From the NCBI GenBank assembly GCA_051876105.1, contig JBJEHN010000097.1:1-62455 (forward strand): DNA of 62,455 nucleotides. The letters are read 5' to 3'. The position numbers and the translations under genes are program-made. This stretch comes from Coriobacteriales bacterium. GTDB lineage: Bacteria > Actinomycetota > Coriobacteriia > Coriobacteriales > QAMH01. Shown piece after piece: positions 1 to 11,379 of this stretch; the stretch's first letter is position 1, and each line of letters opens with the position of its first letter. The notes beneath the pieces are model-generated. The model made no database searches. It saw nothing but the letters and a program-made list of their open reading frames with translations, and was not told where the DNA came from.

Positions 1-143
1 GCGAGTTATCATTAAACACTACAAAGAGTACCACCAAGGGCGCTTGTAATACAAATCCATGGGTAATTTTTCCCACTGAGGGACCATTTCGCACAGCTGA
101 GGGCCTGTACGGTGGGAAACAGCTCCTGTTACAGGGCGAACGG

Positions 144-159
144 TTAACACAATAGAAAC
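144..159. promoter_or_regulatory. GlnR-like direct-repeat box TTAAC-N6-GAAAC
   Basis: TTAACacaataGAAAC resembles the actinobacterial GlnR consensus gTnAc-n6-GaAAc; similar boxes precede gdhA and glnA. The target could be lysC or a divergent gene left of the window. Confidence 0.45.
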
Positions 160-303
160 ATTAGGCGCTCGTTTGGGGCGCACAACGTTTCTTTGGCCTG
201 ATGGCTTGAAATGAGTTGGCCCGCTCGAGCTGGAATCGCGTACTCTATGAACGCCCGCAGATTAGAGCTGCGAGCGCGCCAAACCTTACCGATATGGAGA
301 GCT

Positions 304-1584
304 ATGTCACTAGTAGTTGCAAAGTTCGGCGGAACCAGCGTCGCAACTCCAGAGCGCGTCATGAACGTCGCAAAGCGCTTGGTTAAGCGCAAGCGTTCCG
401 GGGACAAGGTTGTCGCCGTCGTCTCTGCCATGGGCAAGACCACCGACGACCTCATCGCCCTTGCCAAGCAAGTCAACGACGATCCTCCTGCGCGCGAGAT
501 GGACACCCTCCTTTCCACGGGGGAGCTCGTCTCGATGGCGATGATGGCCATGGCCATCCACAGCCAGGGCGAGGAGGCGATCAGCCTCAGCGGGCGCCAG
601 GTCGGCCTCGTCACCAACGACGTGCATGGCAAAGCCAAGATCCGCGAAATCCACGCCGAGCGCATCAAGGAGGCCCTCGAGGAGGACAAGATCGTCATCG
701 TGGCGGGCTTCCAGGGCATCGACGCAAACGGGGATGTCACCACTCTCGGCCGCGGCGGCTCTGACACCACGGCAGTCGCGATTGCAGCTGGCATCCACGC
801 TGACGTCTGCGAGATCTACACCGATGTCGACGGTGTCTACAGCGCCGACCCCCGCGTGGCCCCCAAGGCCCAGAAGATCGACGTCATCTCATACGAGGAG
901 ATGCTCGAGATGGCAGCGGCCGGAGCCGGCGTGCTCCACAAGCGCTGCGTTGAGTTCGCCCGCAAATACGGAGTCACTATCCACTGCCGCTCCTCGTTCA
1001 ACGACGAGCCCGGCACTCTCGTGAAGGAGTACGAGTCCCACATGGAGAAAGCACTGGTTACCGGCGTCGCCCACGATTCCTCTGAAGCCAAGTTCACCAT
1101 CCGCGACGTTCCCGACACCCAGGGCGTTGCTGCAACCGTCTTCGGTGCGCTGGCAGACGCCAACATCTCTGTCGACATGATCATCCAGAACATCTCCGAG
1201 GACGGCCACGCCGACATCTCCTTCACCTCCCCGAAGGCCGACATCAACCGCACCAAGGAGGTTATGGAGGCTATTGTCGAGAAAACCGGTGCAGCCGAGT
1301 TCGTGGTTGCGGAGGACATCGCCAAGGTCTCCATCGTCGGCGCCGGCATGAAGGCCGCCCCCGGTGTTGCCGCCAAGATGTTCCGCACCTTGGCAGAGGC
1401 TGGCATCAACCTCTCCCTCATCACCACTTCGGACATCCGCACCTCCGTCGTCATCCCCGGTGACAAGGGGCCCGAGGCCGTGCGTGCCCTGCACACCGCC
1501 TTCGGCCTCGACGGCGATGACGTCTTCGAAGAAAGCCAGCTGAGCCCTGAAGAGCTGGCCGCCAAGATGGCCAAGGGCCGCTAG
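304..1584 (+). CDS. lysC: Aspartate kinase
   Basis: N-terminal VAKFGGTSV, TTLGRGGSDTTA and YTDVDGVYSADP motifs, two C-terminal ACT domains; GGAGA RBS just before ATG 304. Confidence 0.96.
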   Translation: MSLVVAKFGGTSVATPERVMNVAKRLVKRKRSGDKVVAVVSAMGKTTDDLIALAKQVNDDPPAREMDTLLSTGELVSMAMMAMAIHSQGEEAISLSGRQVGLVTNDVHGKAKIREIHAERIKEALEEDKIVIVAGFQGIDANGDVTTLGRGGSDTTAVAIAAGIHADVCEIYTDVDGVYSADPRVAPKAQKIDVISYEEMLEMAAAGAGVLHKRCVEFARKYGVTIHCRSSFNDEPGTLVKEYESHMEKALVTGVAHDSSEAKFTIRDVPDTQGVAATVFGALADANISVDMIIQNISEDGHADISFTSPKADINRTKEVMEAIVEKTGAAEFVVAEDIAKVSIVGAGMKAAPGVAAKMFRTLAEAGINLSLITTSDIRTSVVIPGDKGPEAVRALHTAFGLDGDDVFEESQLSPEELAAKMAKGR

Positions 1585-1718
1585 CGTTCGCTGCGCTCAG
1601 GACAACGCGAGGCCGGCTCCAGCTCCGTCCTGGTCGAGCAACGCCGTATTTGACGTCTTCAAGCCCTCTCTGGGTGCCAGACGGCAGCCGGAGGGGGCTT
1701 TGCCGTATCATGGCGGGC

Positions 1719-3308
1719 ATGGAGATCAGAAACAACATCAAGCTCAGCTTAGAGCAGGGGGCAGCCGTCGAGGCCGACCTCGCCCCAGACCGCTCGTCTC
1801 GCGCGCTTGCCCGCATCCTGAGGGTGGAGCGCGCTTACCTGCTGCGCCGCAGCGTCGACGCCCGCAAGCGCGACCAGCCCTGCTTCATCGCCAGCGTGGG
1901 AGTCGGGGAGGGCGAGGGCGCACCGCAGGCCGTGGTGCCCTTGGAGCAGCGCGAGCTGCCGCGTCGCTGGGGTGGAATGCGCCCTGTGGTGGTTGGCATG
2001 GGCCCGGCGGGCCTCTTCGCCGCGCTCGAGCTGGCGGAGATGGGCCTGGCCCCGCTCGTGGTGGAGCGCGGCGCGGCGGTCGAGGAGCGCGCGCGCGACG
2101 TAGCGGCCTACCATGCGACCCGCAGGCTGGACGTGGAGAGCAACGTTCAGTTCGGCGAGGGCGGTGCAGGCACCTTCAGCGACGGCAAGCTCACCTGCGG
2201 CAAGAACTCGCCCTATACTGCCCAGGTGCTCGACACCTTTGCGGCGGCAGGCGCCCCACACGAGATACTCTGGCAGGCAAAGCCCCATATCGGCACCGAC
2301 GTGCTCGGCGGTGTGGTGGCACGCATCAGGGAGCGCATCATCGCCTGCGGTGGCGAGGTGCGCCTCAAGACGAGGCTGGCCGACCTGTGCATAGAGGACG
2401 GGGTGCTTGCTGGTGCGGTGCTCGAGGGACCACAGGGCAGCGAATTCGTCGAGGCAGACGCGCTCATCCTGGCAACAGGGCACTCCGCCCGCGATACCTT
2501 CGAGATGCTCGGGAACCGCGGCTTGGAGCTCGCACCCAAGCCCTTCAGCCTGGGGGTGCGCATCGAACACCCGCAGCACTTCATCGACAAGGCGCTCTAC
2601 GGCAGCGCGGCAGGGCACCCGGCGCTCGGCGCCGCCGACTACAAGATCAACACGCACCTGCCCAACGGCAGGGGGGTCTACAGCTTCTGCATGTGCCCGG
2701 GGGGCACGGTGGTGGCTGCTTCCAGCGAGGAGGCCGGGCTGTGCGTCAACGGTATGAGCGTGCAGGCACGCGATGGAGCCAACGCCAACTCCGCCCTGCT
2801 GTGCGGCGTGGCGCCGAAGGACTTCGAGGACTGCGGCGCGTACCCCGGAGACCCCCTCGCGGGCGTTGCCTTCCAGCGCAGGTGGGAGCGCGCGGCCTTC
2901 GAGCTTGGGGGCGGCGACTGGACGGCGCCCGTGCAGACGGTGGGCTCGTTCACCGGCAGGGGGGCAGGTCGCAAGAAGCCGCTCAAGGTTGCGCCGAGCT
3001 ACCCCTTGGGAGTGCGCGAGGCCGACCTCCACAGATGCTTGCCGCCCTTCGTGAGCGAGGCTCTCGAGGAGGCTCTGCCCCGCCTCGGCCAGAAGCTCGC
3101 GGGCTTTGCCAACCCCGGGACCCTGATGACTGGCGTGGAGGCGCGCAGCAGCTCGCCCGTGCGCATCGTGAGGGATGCAGAGAACCTGCAGGCAACGCGT
3201 GTGGCGGGTCTGTACCCCTGCGGCGAGGGCGCCGGCTACGCAGGGGGCATCATGTCTGCCGCCATCGACGGCATCAAGGTCGCCTCGGCGCTGATCGACG
3301 CGCTGTAG
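1719..3308 (+). CDS. NAD(P)/FAD-dependent oxidoreductase (uncharacterised flavoprotein family)
   Basis: VVVGMGPAGLFAA Rossmann motif, QFGEGGAGTFSDGKL, YSFCMCPGG, GEGAGYAGGIMSAA; start placed 7 nt after a TATCAT -10 hexamer (alternative ATG 1710). Confidence 0.85.
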   Translation: MEIRNNIKLSLEQGAAVEADLAPDRSSRALARILRVERAYLLRRSVDARKRDQPCFIASVGVGEGEGAPQAVVPLEQRELPRRWGGMRPVVVGMGPAGLFAALELAEMGLAPLVVERGAAVEERARDVAAYHATRRLDVESNVQFGEGGAGTFSDGKLTCGKNSPYTAQVLDTFAAAGAPHEILWQAKPHIGTDVLGGVVARIRERIIACGGEVRLKTRLADLCIEDGVLAGAVLEGPQGSEFVEADALILATGHSARDTFEMLGNRGLELAPKPFSLGVRIEHPQHFIDKALYGSAAGHPALGAADYKINTHLPNGRGVYSFCMCPGGTVVAASSEEAGLCVNGMSVQARDGANANSALLCGVAPKDFEDCGAYPGDPLAGVAFQRRWERAAFELGGGDWTAPVQTVGSFTGRGAGRKKPLKVAPSYPLGVREADLHRCLPPFVSEALEEALPRLGQKLAGFANPGTLMTGVEARSSSPVRIVRDAENLQATRVAGLYPCGEGAGYAGGIMSAAIDGIKVASALIDAL

Positions 3309-3339
3309 CGGGCAGGCGCCTGGGTTTTGGCAACACCAC

Positions 3340-3376
3340 AAAAAAGCGGGCAGCCCCGAGAGCTGCCCGCTTTTTT
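3340..3376. terminator. Bidirectional intrinsic terminator
   Basis: A6-GCGGGCAGC-loop-GCTGCCCGC-T6 between convergent genes. Confidence 0.9.
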
Positions 3377-3397
3377 CGATGTGAGGCGCACACGCGC

Positions 3398-3700
3398 TTA
3401 CTGGAGGACTTCCTCCCTGATCTCCGGGAAGAGGAGCTCGTTGGTCTCGAGATCCGTCAGCTCGACCATTCCGGTGAGGACATCCACGTACTGGTAGGAC
3501 TGGCGTGCCTTGCGGCCGCGCTTCTCGAGGGTCTCGACGATGAAGAGGGAGGGGTGTACCTGAGTGAGGACGCCTTCTCGCTCGACGATCTTAGAGCGGC
3601 CCATGTTGGCCCTGATACGGAGGCGCTTGCCGGTGTAGCCGGTGAGGGTCTCGTGAATGGAGGTGACGGTCTGAACCGGTTCGATGATATCTTCGTCCAT
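3398..3700 (-). CDS. veg: Veg family protein
   Basis: 100 aa with ANMGRSK..EREG.LTQVHPSLF.V..SYQYVDVLT, typical of Veg; purine-rich RBS and extended -10 TGnTAGAAT at 3745-3737. Confidence 0.85.
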   Translation of the reverse strand: MDEDIIEPVQTVTSIHETLTGYTGKRLRIRANMGRSKIVEREGVLTQVHPSLFIVETLEKRGRKARQSYQYVDVLTGMVELTDLETNELLFPEIREEVLQ

Positions 3701-3939
3701 AATACCTTTTCCACCTAGTTGACAGATAGACACAGGATTCTATCACGCGGGCGATTAAAAACCAATAGCCAATACCGTTTCGACGCTTTGACACGGGCTT
3801 TGAGCTGGGAAAAGCCGCTCAAGCTGGGGTGCGTGGCCCCGCAGGCGTTATGAATCTGCGCCAAGGGGCTTGCACGGGTATACTTCTGAGGTGTCAGGTG
3901 CGCCAGAAGAGGCGCTCGAGCAGATGGGATTGACCTCGT

Positions 3940-5706
3940 ATGACCATACTCGACCGCGACACGCTGGGCAGCTGCAGCACTGCCCGCAAGCTCATCGAGA
4001 ACAAGATCCCCTCCCGCGTGGGGGCCAAGGACGCAAGCGTCTACGGGTTTTCCGGCGAGGCGCGCGCTACGGCAGAGCACCGCATGGGCTGGGCAGACCT
4101 CGCCTCCAACCCGCCTCGCGACCCGGCGGAGATCGCCGTCTTGGCACAGCAGGCGCGCTGCGAGGGCCTCGACGCAGTGGTGCTCATCGGACAGGGCGGC
4201 TCGACGCAGGCGCCCCAGACCATCACCAAGCTCCACTCCCTCGAGGTGACCGACGAGATCCCCTTCCGCACGATGGACTCAATCTCGCCGGTGTATGTGA
4301 ACCACATCCTCGGCTCCTCTGACCCGGCGCGCACCCTCTACATCGTCAGCTCCAAGAGCGGATCGACGCTCGAACCCACCGTGCTCTCGCACGTGGCCTG
4401 GAGCTACGTTTGCGCCCACCTGGGGGCAGACAGGGCAGGCCGCCGCTTCGTCGCCATCACAGACCCGGGCAGCCAGCTCGAGCAGGTGGCCCGCAGGGAC
4501 GGCTGGAGGGCCGTGCTCCACGGCGAGCCGGATGTCGGCGGGCGCTACAGCGCGCTGAGCGTCTTCGGCCTGATGCCCATGGCGTGCGTGGGCATCGATA
4601 TCGAGGGCGTCTTGAGCCGTGCCAGCGAGGTCGAGCGCCTCTGCGCCAGCGACTCTCCAGACAACCCCGCCCTGCAGCTTGCCTGCTTCCTCTATGACAA
4701 CTACGTGGCCGGCAGGGACAAGTTCTCGCTGCTGATGCCGCCCCAGAGCCAGGTCTTCGGCCTGTGGGTGGAGCAGCTGGTGGCAGAGAGCTTGGGCAAG
4801 CATGGTGTGGGCATCCTCCCCAACATCGAGGTCGATGCCGGCATCATCGCCGACCCCCTGCCTGACCGCTGCGTCATCCTGTGCAACAGCGGCAACGACC
4901 GCTCCTACGAGCACGCCCGCACCTGCCTGCACCCCTCGATTCCCGCCATGAGGCTCGACATCACCGACAGCGACGACATCGCCGAGCACTTCCTCGTCTG
5001 GGAGTACGCGGTGGCCTTCTGCGGCTGGCTCATGGAGATCGACCCCTTCGACCAGCCCGACGTCGAGAGCACCAAGCGCGCCGTGAAGCAGATCCTCTAC
5101 GGCGACGGCGGCGCCTACGAGGTGCCCCTCGACCCGCAGGGCAACCCCGCTTACGTCGAGTACCCGGTCTGCGACGGGGGCTTTGTCGAGAGCGTGTGTG
5201 TGAGCAGCGCGCTGCTCGAGCGCATGAACCGCACGGACAAGGTCGACCTCGCCCGCGCCCTGCGCACGCTCTTCTACTCCATCAAAGAGGGCGACTACTT
5301 CTCGCTCAACGCCTTCCTGCCCTTCAAGGGCGTGGGGCGCCGCGAGACCCTCGAGCGCATCCGCCACCGCGTGGCAGACAGGCTCCAGGCCTGCTCGTGC
5401 CTGGAGATCGGGCCCCGCTACCTGCACTCCACCGGCCAGCTCCACAAGGGCGGCCCCGACAACGGCGTCTTCCTGGTGGTGAGCAGCCAGGAAGCCTACG
5501 ACATGACCGTCCCGCACGAGTCGTTCACGCTGGGGGAGGTCGCCAACGCCCAGGCGCTGGGCGACTTCGGCGCGCTGGCAAGCCGCGGGCGCCGCGCGGT
5601 CTACGTGCGCCTCAAGGACAACGACAGCGAGTACCTGCAGACCCTCGCAGATGCCGTCTGCTCTGCCGTCTCTGCAACCTACGCCTTCCGCCGCAACGGC
5701 GAGTAG
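3940..5706 (+). CDS. pgi: Glucose-6-phosphate isomerase (Tal-Pgi C-terminal-like type)
   Basis: SIS-domain motifs VSSKSGSTLE, VGGRYSALS, QLVAESLGK, PFDQPDVE, GPRYLHSTGQLHKGGP. Confidence 0.8.
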   Translation: MTILDRDTLGSCSTARKLIENKIPSRVGAKDASVYGFSGEARATAEHRMGWADLASNPPRDPAEIAVLAQQARCEGLDAVVLIGQGGSTQAPQTITKLHSLEVTDEIPFRTMDSISPVYVNHILGSSDPARTLYIVSSKSGSTLEPTVLSHVAWSYVCAHLGADRAGRRFVAITDPGSQLEQVARRDGWRAVLHGEPDVGGRYSALSVFGLMPMACVGIDIEGVLSRASEVERLCASDSPDNPALQLACFLYDNYVAGRDKFSLLMPPQSQVFGLWVEQLVAESLGKHGVGILPNIEVDAGIIADPLPDRCVILCNSGNDRSYEHARTCLHPSIPAMRLDITDSDDIAEHFLVWEYAVAFCGWLMEIDPFDQPDVESTKRAVKQILYGDGGAYEVPLDPQGNPAYVEYPVCDGGFVESVCVSSALLERMNRTDKVDLARALRTLFYSIKEGDYFSLNAFLPFKGVGRRETLERIRHRVADRLQACSCLEIGPRYLHSTGQLHKGGPDNGVFLVVSSQEAYDMTVPHESFTLGEVANAQALGDFGALASRGRRAVYVRLKDNDSEYLQTLADAVCSAVSATYAFRRNGE

Positions 5707-5715
5707 GGGGCTGCT

Positions 5716-6651
5716 GTGACGCGCGCCCTGCAGGGAGAGGTGCTGAGCCTCTCCGCCCCGGCCAAGGTGAACCTCTGCCTGGCGGTGCGCTACCCGCCGC
5801 ACGACGGCTACCACCAGCTCGACAGCGTCTTCCTCGAGCTGCCCCTGGCAGACCGCCTGGAGCTGTGGCGCGGCCCCTTGGACGGAGTGCGGCACGCGGA
5901 GCTGACGGGTGCCGGCACCGCCGTGCTCCTCGACTGCGGCACGCTCGACGTGCCTGTGTGCGACAACCTGGTCTTCAAGGCGCTGGAGGGCTTCGAGCAG
6001 GCTGTGGGGGCGCGGCTCGCGGGGCCGGGCGAGGCCCTGCACGTCACCGTGGACAAGAGGGTGCCTGCCGGGGGAGGTCTCGGCGGGGGCTCGAGCGATG
6101 CTGCAAGCGCGCTCAAGGCATGCTGTGCGCTGGCAGGTGTGGAGCCCGGCGACGAGCGCGTGCAGCGCCTGGCGCGCAGCCTGGGGGCAGACGTCGCCTT
6201 CTTCCTGCACGGAGGCACCGCGCTCATGACCGGCAGAGGCGACGTGCTCGAGGAAGCGCTGCCCGCCTTCCCGCTGCCGATCGTCCTCATGGGCGAGGAG
6301 CAGGGCATCTCCACCCCGAGCATCTACCGCGCCTTCGACGAGAGCCCCGCGCCCGCGCCGAATGCCCGCGAGCTGGCGGCCGCCCTCAAGGCGTACGACC
6401 CCGCTGCGGCGGGCCACGCCGAGAAGCTGCACCTGGCGCGCCTGTGCTCCAACAACCTCGAGCCCGCGGCCTTTGCGGCGCTGCCGCGGCTGCGGCAGCG
6501 CGTGGAGCGCGCGCGAGCGGACGAGGACGTGCTCAACGCGCTCGTCACTGGCAGCGGTGCCACGAGCTTTGCGATCTGCGAGGACGCTGGGGCGGCGCGC
6601 CGCTTTGCGCAGCGGGCGCGCGCCAACTGCAGCTGGACGCGCGTCTGCTAG
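5716..6651 (+). CDS. ispE: 4-(cytidine 5'-diphospho)-2-C-methyl-D-erythritol kinase
   Basis: APAKVNL, DGYH, KRVPAGGGLGGGSSDAA (GHMP kinase), LGADVAFF, NNLE, TGSG. Confidence 0.93.
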   Translation: MTRALQGEVLSLSAPAKVNLCLAVRYPPHDGYHQLDSVFLELPLADRLELWRGPLDGVRHAELTGAGTAVLLDCGTLDVPVCDNLVFKALEGFEQAVGARLAGPGEALHVTVDKRVPAGGGLGGGSSDAASALKACCALAGVEPGDERVQRLARSLGADVAFFLHGGTALMTGRGDVLEEALPAFPLPIVLMGEEQGISTPSIYRAFDESPAPAPNARELAAALKAYDPAAAGHAEKLHLARLCSNNLEPAAFAALPRLRQRVERARADEDVLNALVTGSGATSFAICEDAGAARRFAQRARANCSWTRVC

Positions 6652-7907
6652 CCGGCGCCGCCCTCTCCCTGGCGGTTGGGGTTGCGCGCCGTCTCTGCCT
6701 TGAGCTTGAGCTGCCGCCCGAAGACCAGCTTGTCCTCGCCGAAGCGGTCGCGCACGCTGTCTGCCGCACTGACGAGCCCCGGGTTGCCCTGGGGCACGCC
6801 CTCCTCCTGGGTCTGGAAGAGGCCCATCTGCACATCCCCCTGCTTGAAGCCGCCGATGCCCACGCCCACCAGGCGCACCGAGTCGCCCGGGCGCCAGATC
6901 TGGCCGAGCAGCCCCTTGGCGATGGGGATGAAGATGCTCTCGTCGTCGACCTGGCTGCCTATGGTGTGCTGCGCTGTGCGCGACGAGAGGTCCGCATAGC
7001 GCAGCTTCAAGGTGACGGTGTGGCCCGCCACACCCTTCTTGCGCAGGCGCCTGCCCACCATGCAGCCCAGGTAGTCGATGGCGTCTTCGATCTGCGCGCG
7101 GGTGGTGAGGTCTGCGGTGAAGGTGCGCTCGTTGCTGATGGACTTGAGCTCGCTTTCTGTTTCGACCGGGCGGGGGTCGACGCCGCCTGCCCGCTCGACG
7201 AAGGCCTGCGCGTTGACCCCGAAGACCCCCTTGAGCGCGGCCGGCTGTGCGGCGGCGAGCTGCCCCAGCGTCTTGATGCCCATCTCCTGGAGCTTGAGGG
7301 CGGAACTCTTGCCGATGCCCGGCATGGCCCTGACCTCCATGGGGGCGAGGAAGGCTGCCTCGCTGCCGGGATAGACCACGGTGAGGCCCCGGGGCTTGTC
7401 GAGGTCGCTTGCGATCTTGGCGGTTGCCTTGCCGCTTGCCAGCCCGATGCTGCAGGTGATGCCCAGCTCTGCGACGCGGGCTTGGATGCGCGCCGCGATC
7501 TGCACTGGGTCGTTGCGGATGAAGCGCCCGGGGGTCACGTCGAGGAATGCTTCGTCAATGCTGACCTGCTCGAGCAGGGGGCTCTCGTCGTAGAGGATGC
7601 GCATCACGGCGCTCGAGAGCTCCTGGTAGCGCTTGAAATGGGGCTGCGTCCAGATGGCGCTGGGGCACAGCCGCGCGGCTGTGACGGAGGGCATGGCGCT
7701 GCGCACCCCGAAGGAGCGGGCCTCGTAGCTGCAGGTGGAGACGACGCCGCGCTTGCCTGCCTGGCCGCCCACGATCACGGGCTTGCCGCGCCACTCTGGG
7801 TGATCGAGCTGCTCGACGCTGGCGAAGAAGGCGTCGAGGTCCATGAGGAGCACGGCTCGCCCCCGCCACTCGCGCTGCACCGCCTGTATGTCCCTGCTGC
7901 TGCCCAT
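6648..7907 (-). CDS. dinB: DNA polymerase IV
   Basis: DLDAFFASVEQ, STCSYEAR.FGV.SAMP, SIDEAFLD, AKIASD..KPRG; ATG 7907 lies 6 nt after TACAAT. Confidence 0.95.
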   Translation of the reverse strand: MGSSRDIQAVQREWRGRAVLLMDLDAFFASVEQLDHPEWRGKPVIVGGQAGKRGVVSTCSYEARSFGVRSAMPSVTAARLCPSAIWTQPHFKRYQELSSAVMRILYDESPLLEQVSIDEAFLDVTPGRFIRNDPVQIAARIQARVAELGITCSIGLASGKATAKIASDLDKPRGLTVVYPGSEAAFLAPMEVRAMPGIGKSSALKLQEMGIKTLGQLAAAQPAALKGVFGVNAQAFVERAGGVDPRPVETESELKSISNERTFTADLTTRAQIEDAIDYLGCMVGRRLRKKGVAGHTVTLKLRYADLSSRTAQHTIGSQVDDESIFIPIAKGLLGQIWRPGDSVRLVGVGIGGFKQGDVQMGLFQTQEEGVPQGNPGLVSAADSVRDRFGEDKLVFGRQLKLKAETARNPNRQGEGGAG

Positions 7908-8022
7908 GCGACCATTGTAGGGGCAGGGTGCGACACCGCGCAGATGGCCTTCGCGTAACGAATCTGCGTGCACGCGCCTTTGGGCGGGCTTGGAGACCTC
8001 CTGCGCTGCTACGCTGGGTTAG

Positions 8023-9354
<1,332 letters not shown>

Positions 9355-9393
9355 GCCCCACGCCCTCGACCAGCGCCTGAAAAGGGAGGCCCT

Positions 9394-10683
9394 ATGAACA
9401 TCATCGTGCTCGGCAGCGGCGGTCGCGAGGCGGCCCTCGCCCAGAAGCTGTCCCAGTCCCCCCAGTGCCAGGAGCTCTTCTGCATCCCGGGCAACGGCGG
9501 CACCAGCGGCTTTGCGACCAACGTGGGTGGCATCGACCCCTGCGACGCAAGCCAGGTGGTCCCCTTCGCCAAGGAGCACGGCGTCGAGCTTGTGGTCGTC
9601 GGCCCCGAGGCGCCGCTGGTGGCCGGCGTGGCAGACGGCATCCGCGAGGCGGGCATCGCCTGCTTCGGTCCCGGTGCCCAGGGGGCCCAGATGGAGGGCT
9701 CCAAGGAGTTCGCCAAGAACCTGATGGCAAAGCACGGCATCCCCACGGCTGCCTACGCCGTCTTCAGCGAGCTCGAGCCCGCGGAGGCCTACATCCGCGA
9801 GCAGGGCGCGCCCATCGTCATCAAAGCAGACGGCCTGGCCGCCGGCAAGGGCGTCACCGTGGCAGAGACCGTTGAGCAGGCCGTGCAGGCCGTGCGCGAC
9901 TGCTTCGACGGGGCCTTCGGCTCGGCCGGCGCGCTGGTCGTCGTCGAGGAGTGCATGACCGGCCCCGAGTGCTCGATCATGGGCATCACAGACGGCGAGA
10001 CCGTGCTGTGCTGCGAGCCCGCGCAGGACCACAAGCGCGCCTACGAGGGCGACAAGGGCCCCAACACAGGCGGTATGGGCGTCTACAGCCCCGTGCCCAT
10101 CGTCACGGCCGAGGAGAAGGCGGCCATGGCCCAGATCATGGAACAGACCGTCGCCGCGCTCAAGGCCGAGGGCATCGACTACCGCGGCTGCCTCTACGGC
10201 GGCTTCATGCTGACCCCCACCGGCCCGCGCGTGGTGGAGTTCAACGCGCGCTTCGGCGACCCGGAGACCCAGGCCCTCATGCCGCGTCTCAAGAGCGACC
10301 TGGTCGACGTCTTCATGGCTGTCGACGCCAAGCGCCTGGCAGACGTCGAGCTCGAGTGGGACGAGGGCTTCTGCGTGGGCGTGGTCCTGGCAAGCGAGGG
10401 CTACCCCGGCTCCTATGAGAAGGGCAAGGAGGTCACCGGCATCGAGGAGGCCGAGGCAGACGGCGCCCTGGTCTACCACGCCGGCACCAAGGTCGAGGAC
10501 GGCAAGCTGCTCACCAACGGCGGCCGCGTCTTCTGTGTGAGCGCCACGGGCCCGAGCTTCGAGGCTGCCCGCGACAAAGCCTATGCCGCCTGCGACAAGG
10601 TGCGCTTCGAGAACAAGTTCCTGCGCCGCGACATCGGCGGCCGCGCGCTGCGCGGGCGCGAGCGCTGGGCAGAGGAGATGTAG
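9394..10683 (+). CDS. purD: Phosphoribosylamine--glycine ligase
   Basis: GSGGRE, PGNGG, GPEAPL, KADGLAAGKGV, QDHKR, GPNTGGMG, EFNARFGDPE. Confidence 0.98.
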   Translation: MNIIVLGSGGREAALAQKLSQSPQCQELFCIPGNGGTSGFATNVGGIDPCDASQVVPFAKEHGVELVVVGPEAPLVAGVADGIREAGIACFGPGAQGAQMEGSKEFAKNLMAKHGIPTAAYAVFSELEPAEAYIREQGAPIVIKADGLAAGKGVTVAETVEQAVQAVRDCFDGAFGSAGALVVVEECMTGPECSIMGITDGETVLCCEPAQDHKRAYEGDKGPNTGGMGVYSPVPIVTAEEKAAMAQIMEQTVAALKAEGIDYRGCLYGGFMLTPTGPRVVEFNARFGDPETQALMPRLKSDLVDVFMAVDAKRLADVELEWDEGFCVGVVLASEGYPGSYEKGKEVTGIEEAEADGALVYHAGTKVEDGKLLTNGGRVFCVSATGPSFEAARDKAYAACDKVRFENKFLRRDIGGRALRGRERWAEEM

Positions 10684-10759
10684 GAACCCGGGCCGAAGGC
10701 ACCGGGAGGGCAGGGGGCGGGCTGCGCGGCTCGCCCCCGCTGGTTTGAGAGGCTGGTTT

Positions 10760-11332
10760 ATGAGCGAGCTGTTGGACAACCGCGAGGGCGACGAGCTGCT
10801 CGAGGAGCGCATCCTCGACAGCCGCCCCGTGTTCACGGGGGGCTTCCTCAACGTCGATGCGGTGCGCATCGAGCTTGCCAACGGCAAGCAGGCAGTCCAC
10901 GAGGTGGTGAGGCACCCGGGCGCCGTTGCCGTCATCGCGCTGAGGGCAGACGGCCGGGTGCTCTTGGTGAGGCAGTACCGCACCGCCCTGGAGCGCGTCA
11001 CGCTCGAGATACCCGCAGGCAAGCTCGAGCGGGGCGAGGACCCGCTGCTCGCCGCCGCGCGCGAGCTCGAGGAGGAGACGGGCTACACGGCTGCGCGGCT
11101 CGACTACCTCATGCCCATCGCCGTCGCCGCCGGCTACAGCGACGAGCTCATCCACCTCTACATGGCCACCGAGCTCTCCGCCGGCAGTCCCCACCCCGAC
11201 GACGACGAGTTCGTCGCGGCGGAGTGGGTTGACCTGAGCGTCTTGGTTGACAGCGTCCTCGACGGGCGCATCGAGGACAGCAAGACGGTCATCGCCGCCC
11301 TCATCTGCGATGCCATGAGGCACCGCCTGTAA
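10760..11332 (+). CDS. NUDIX hydrolase, ADP-ribose pyrophosphatase-like
   Basis: VVRHPGAV, RQYR, Nudix box PAGKLERGEDPLLAAARELEEETG, IEDSKT. Confidence 0.9.
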   Translation: MSELLDNREGDELLEERILDSRPVFTGGFLNVDAVRIELANGKQAVHEVVRHPGAVAVIALRADGRVLLVRQYRTALERVTLEIPAGKLERGEDPLLAAARELEEETGYTAARLDYLMPIAVAAGYSDELIHLYMATELSAGSPHPDDDEFVAAEWVDLSVLVDSVLDGRIEDSKTVIAALICDAMRHRL

Positions 11333-11379
11333 GCACAGCCCCAACCGCCTGCGGGCGGATGCGAGAAAGGAACCGCGAC

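Noticed and set aside
16..64. Tandem NrdR boxes
   Set aside because: Only partial similarity to the consensus, the second copy is very weak, and no nrd gene is visible
1..303. Lysine riboswitch upstream of lysC
   Set aside because: No AGAGGYGC-type core, multi-stem architecture or terminator/anti-SD platform; the region looks like AT-rich promoter DNA
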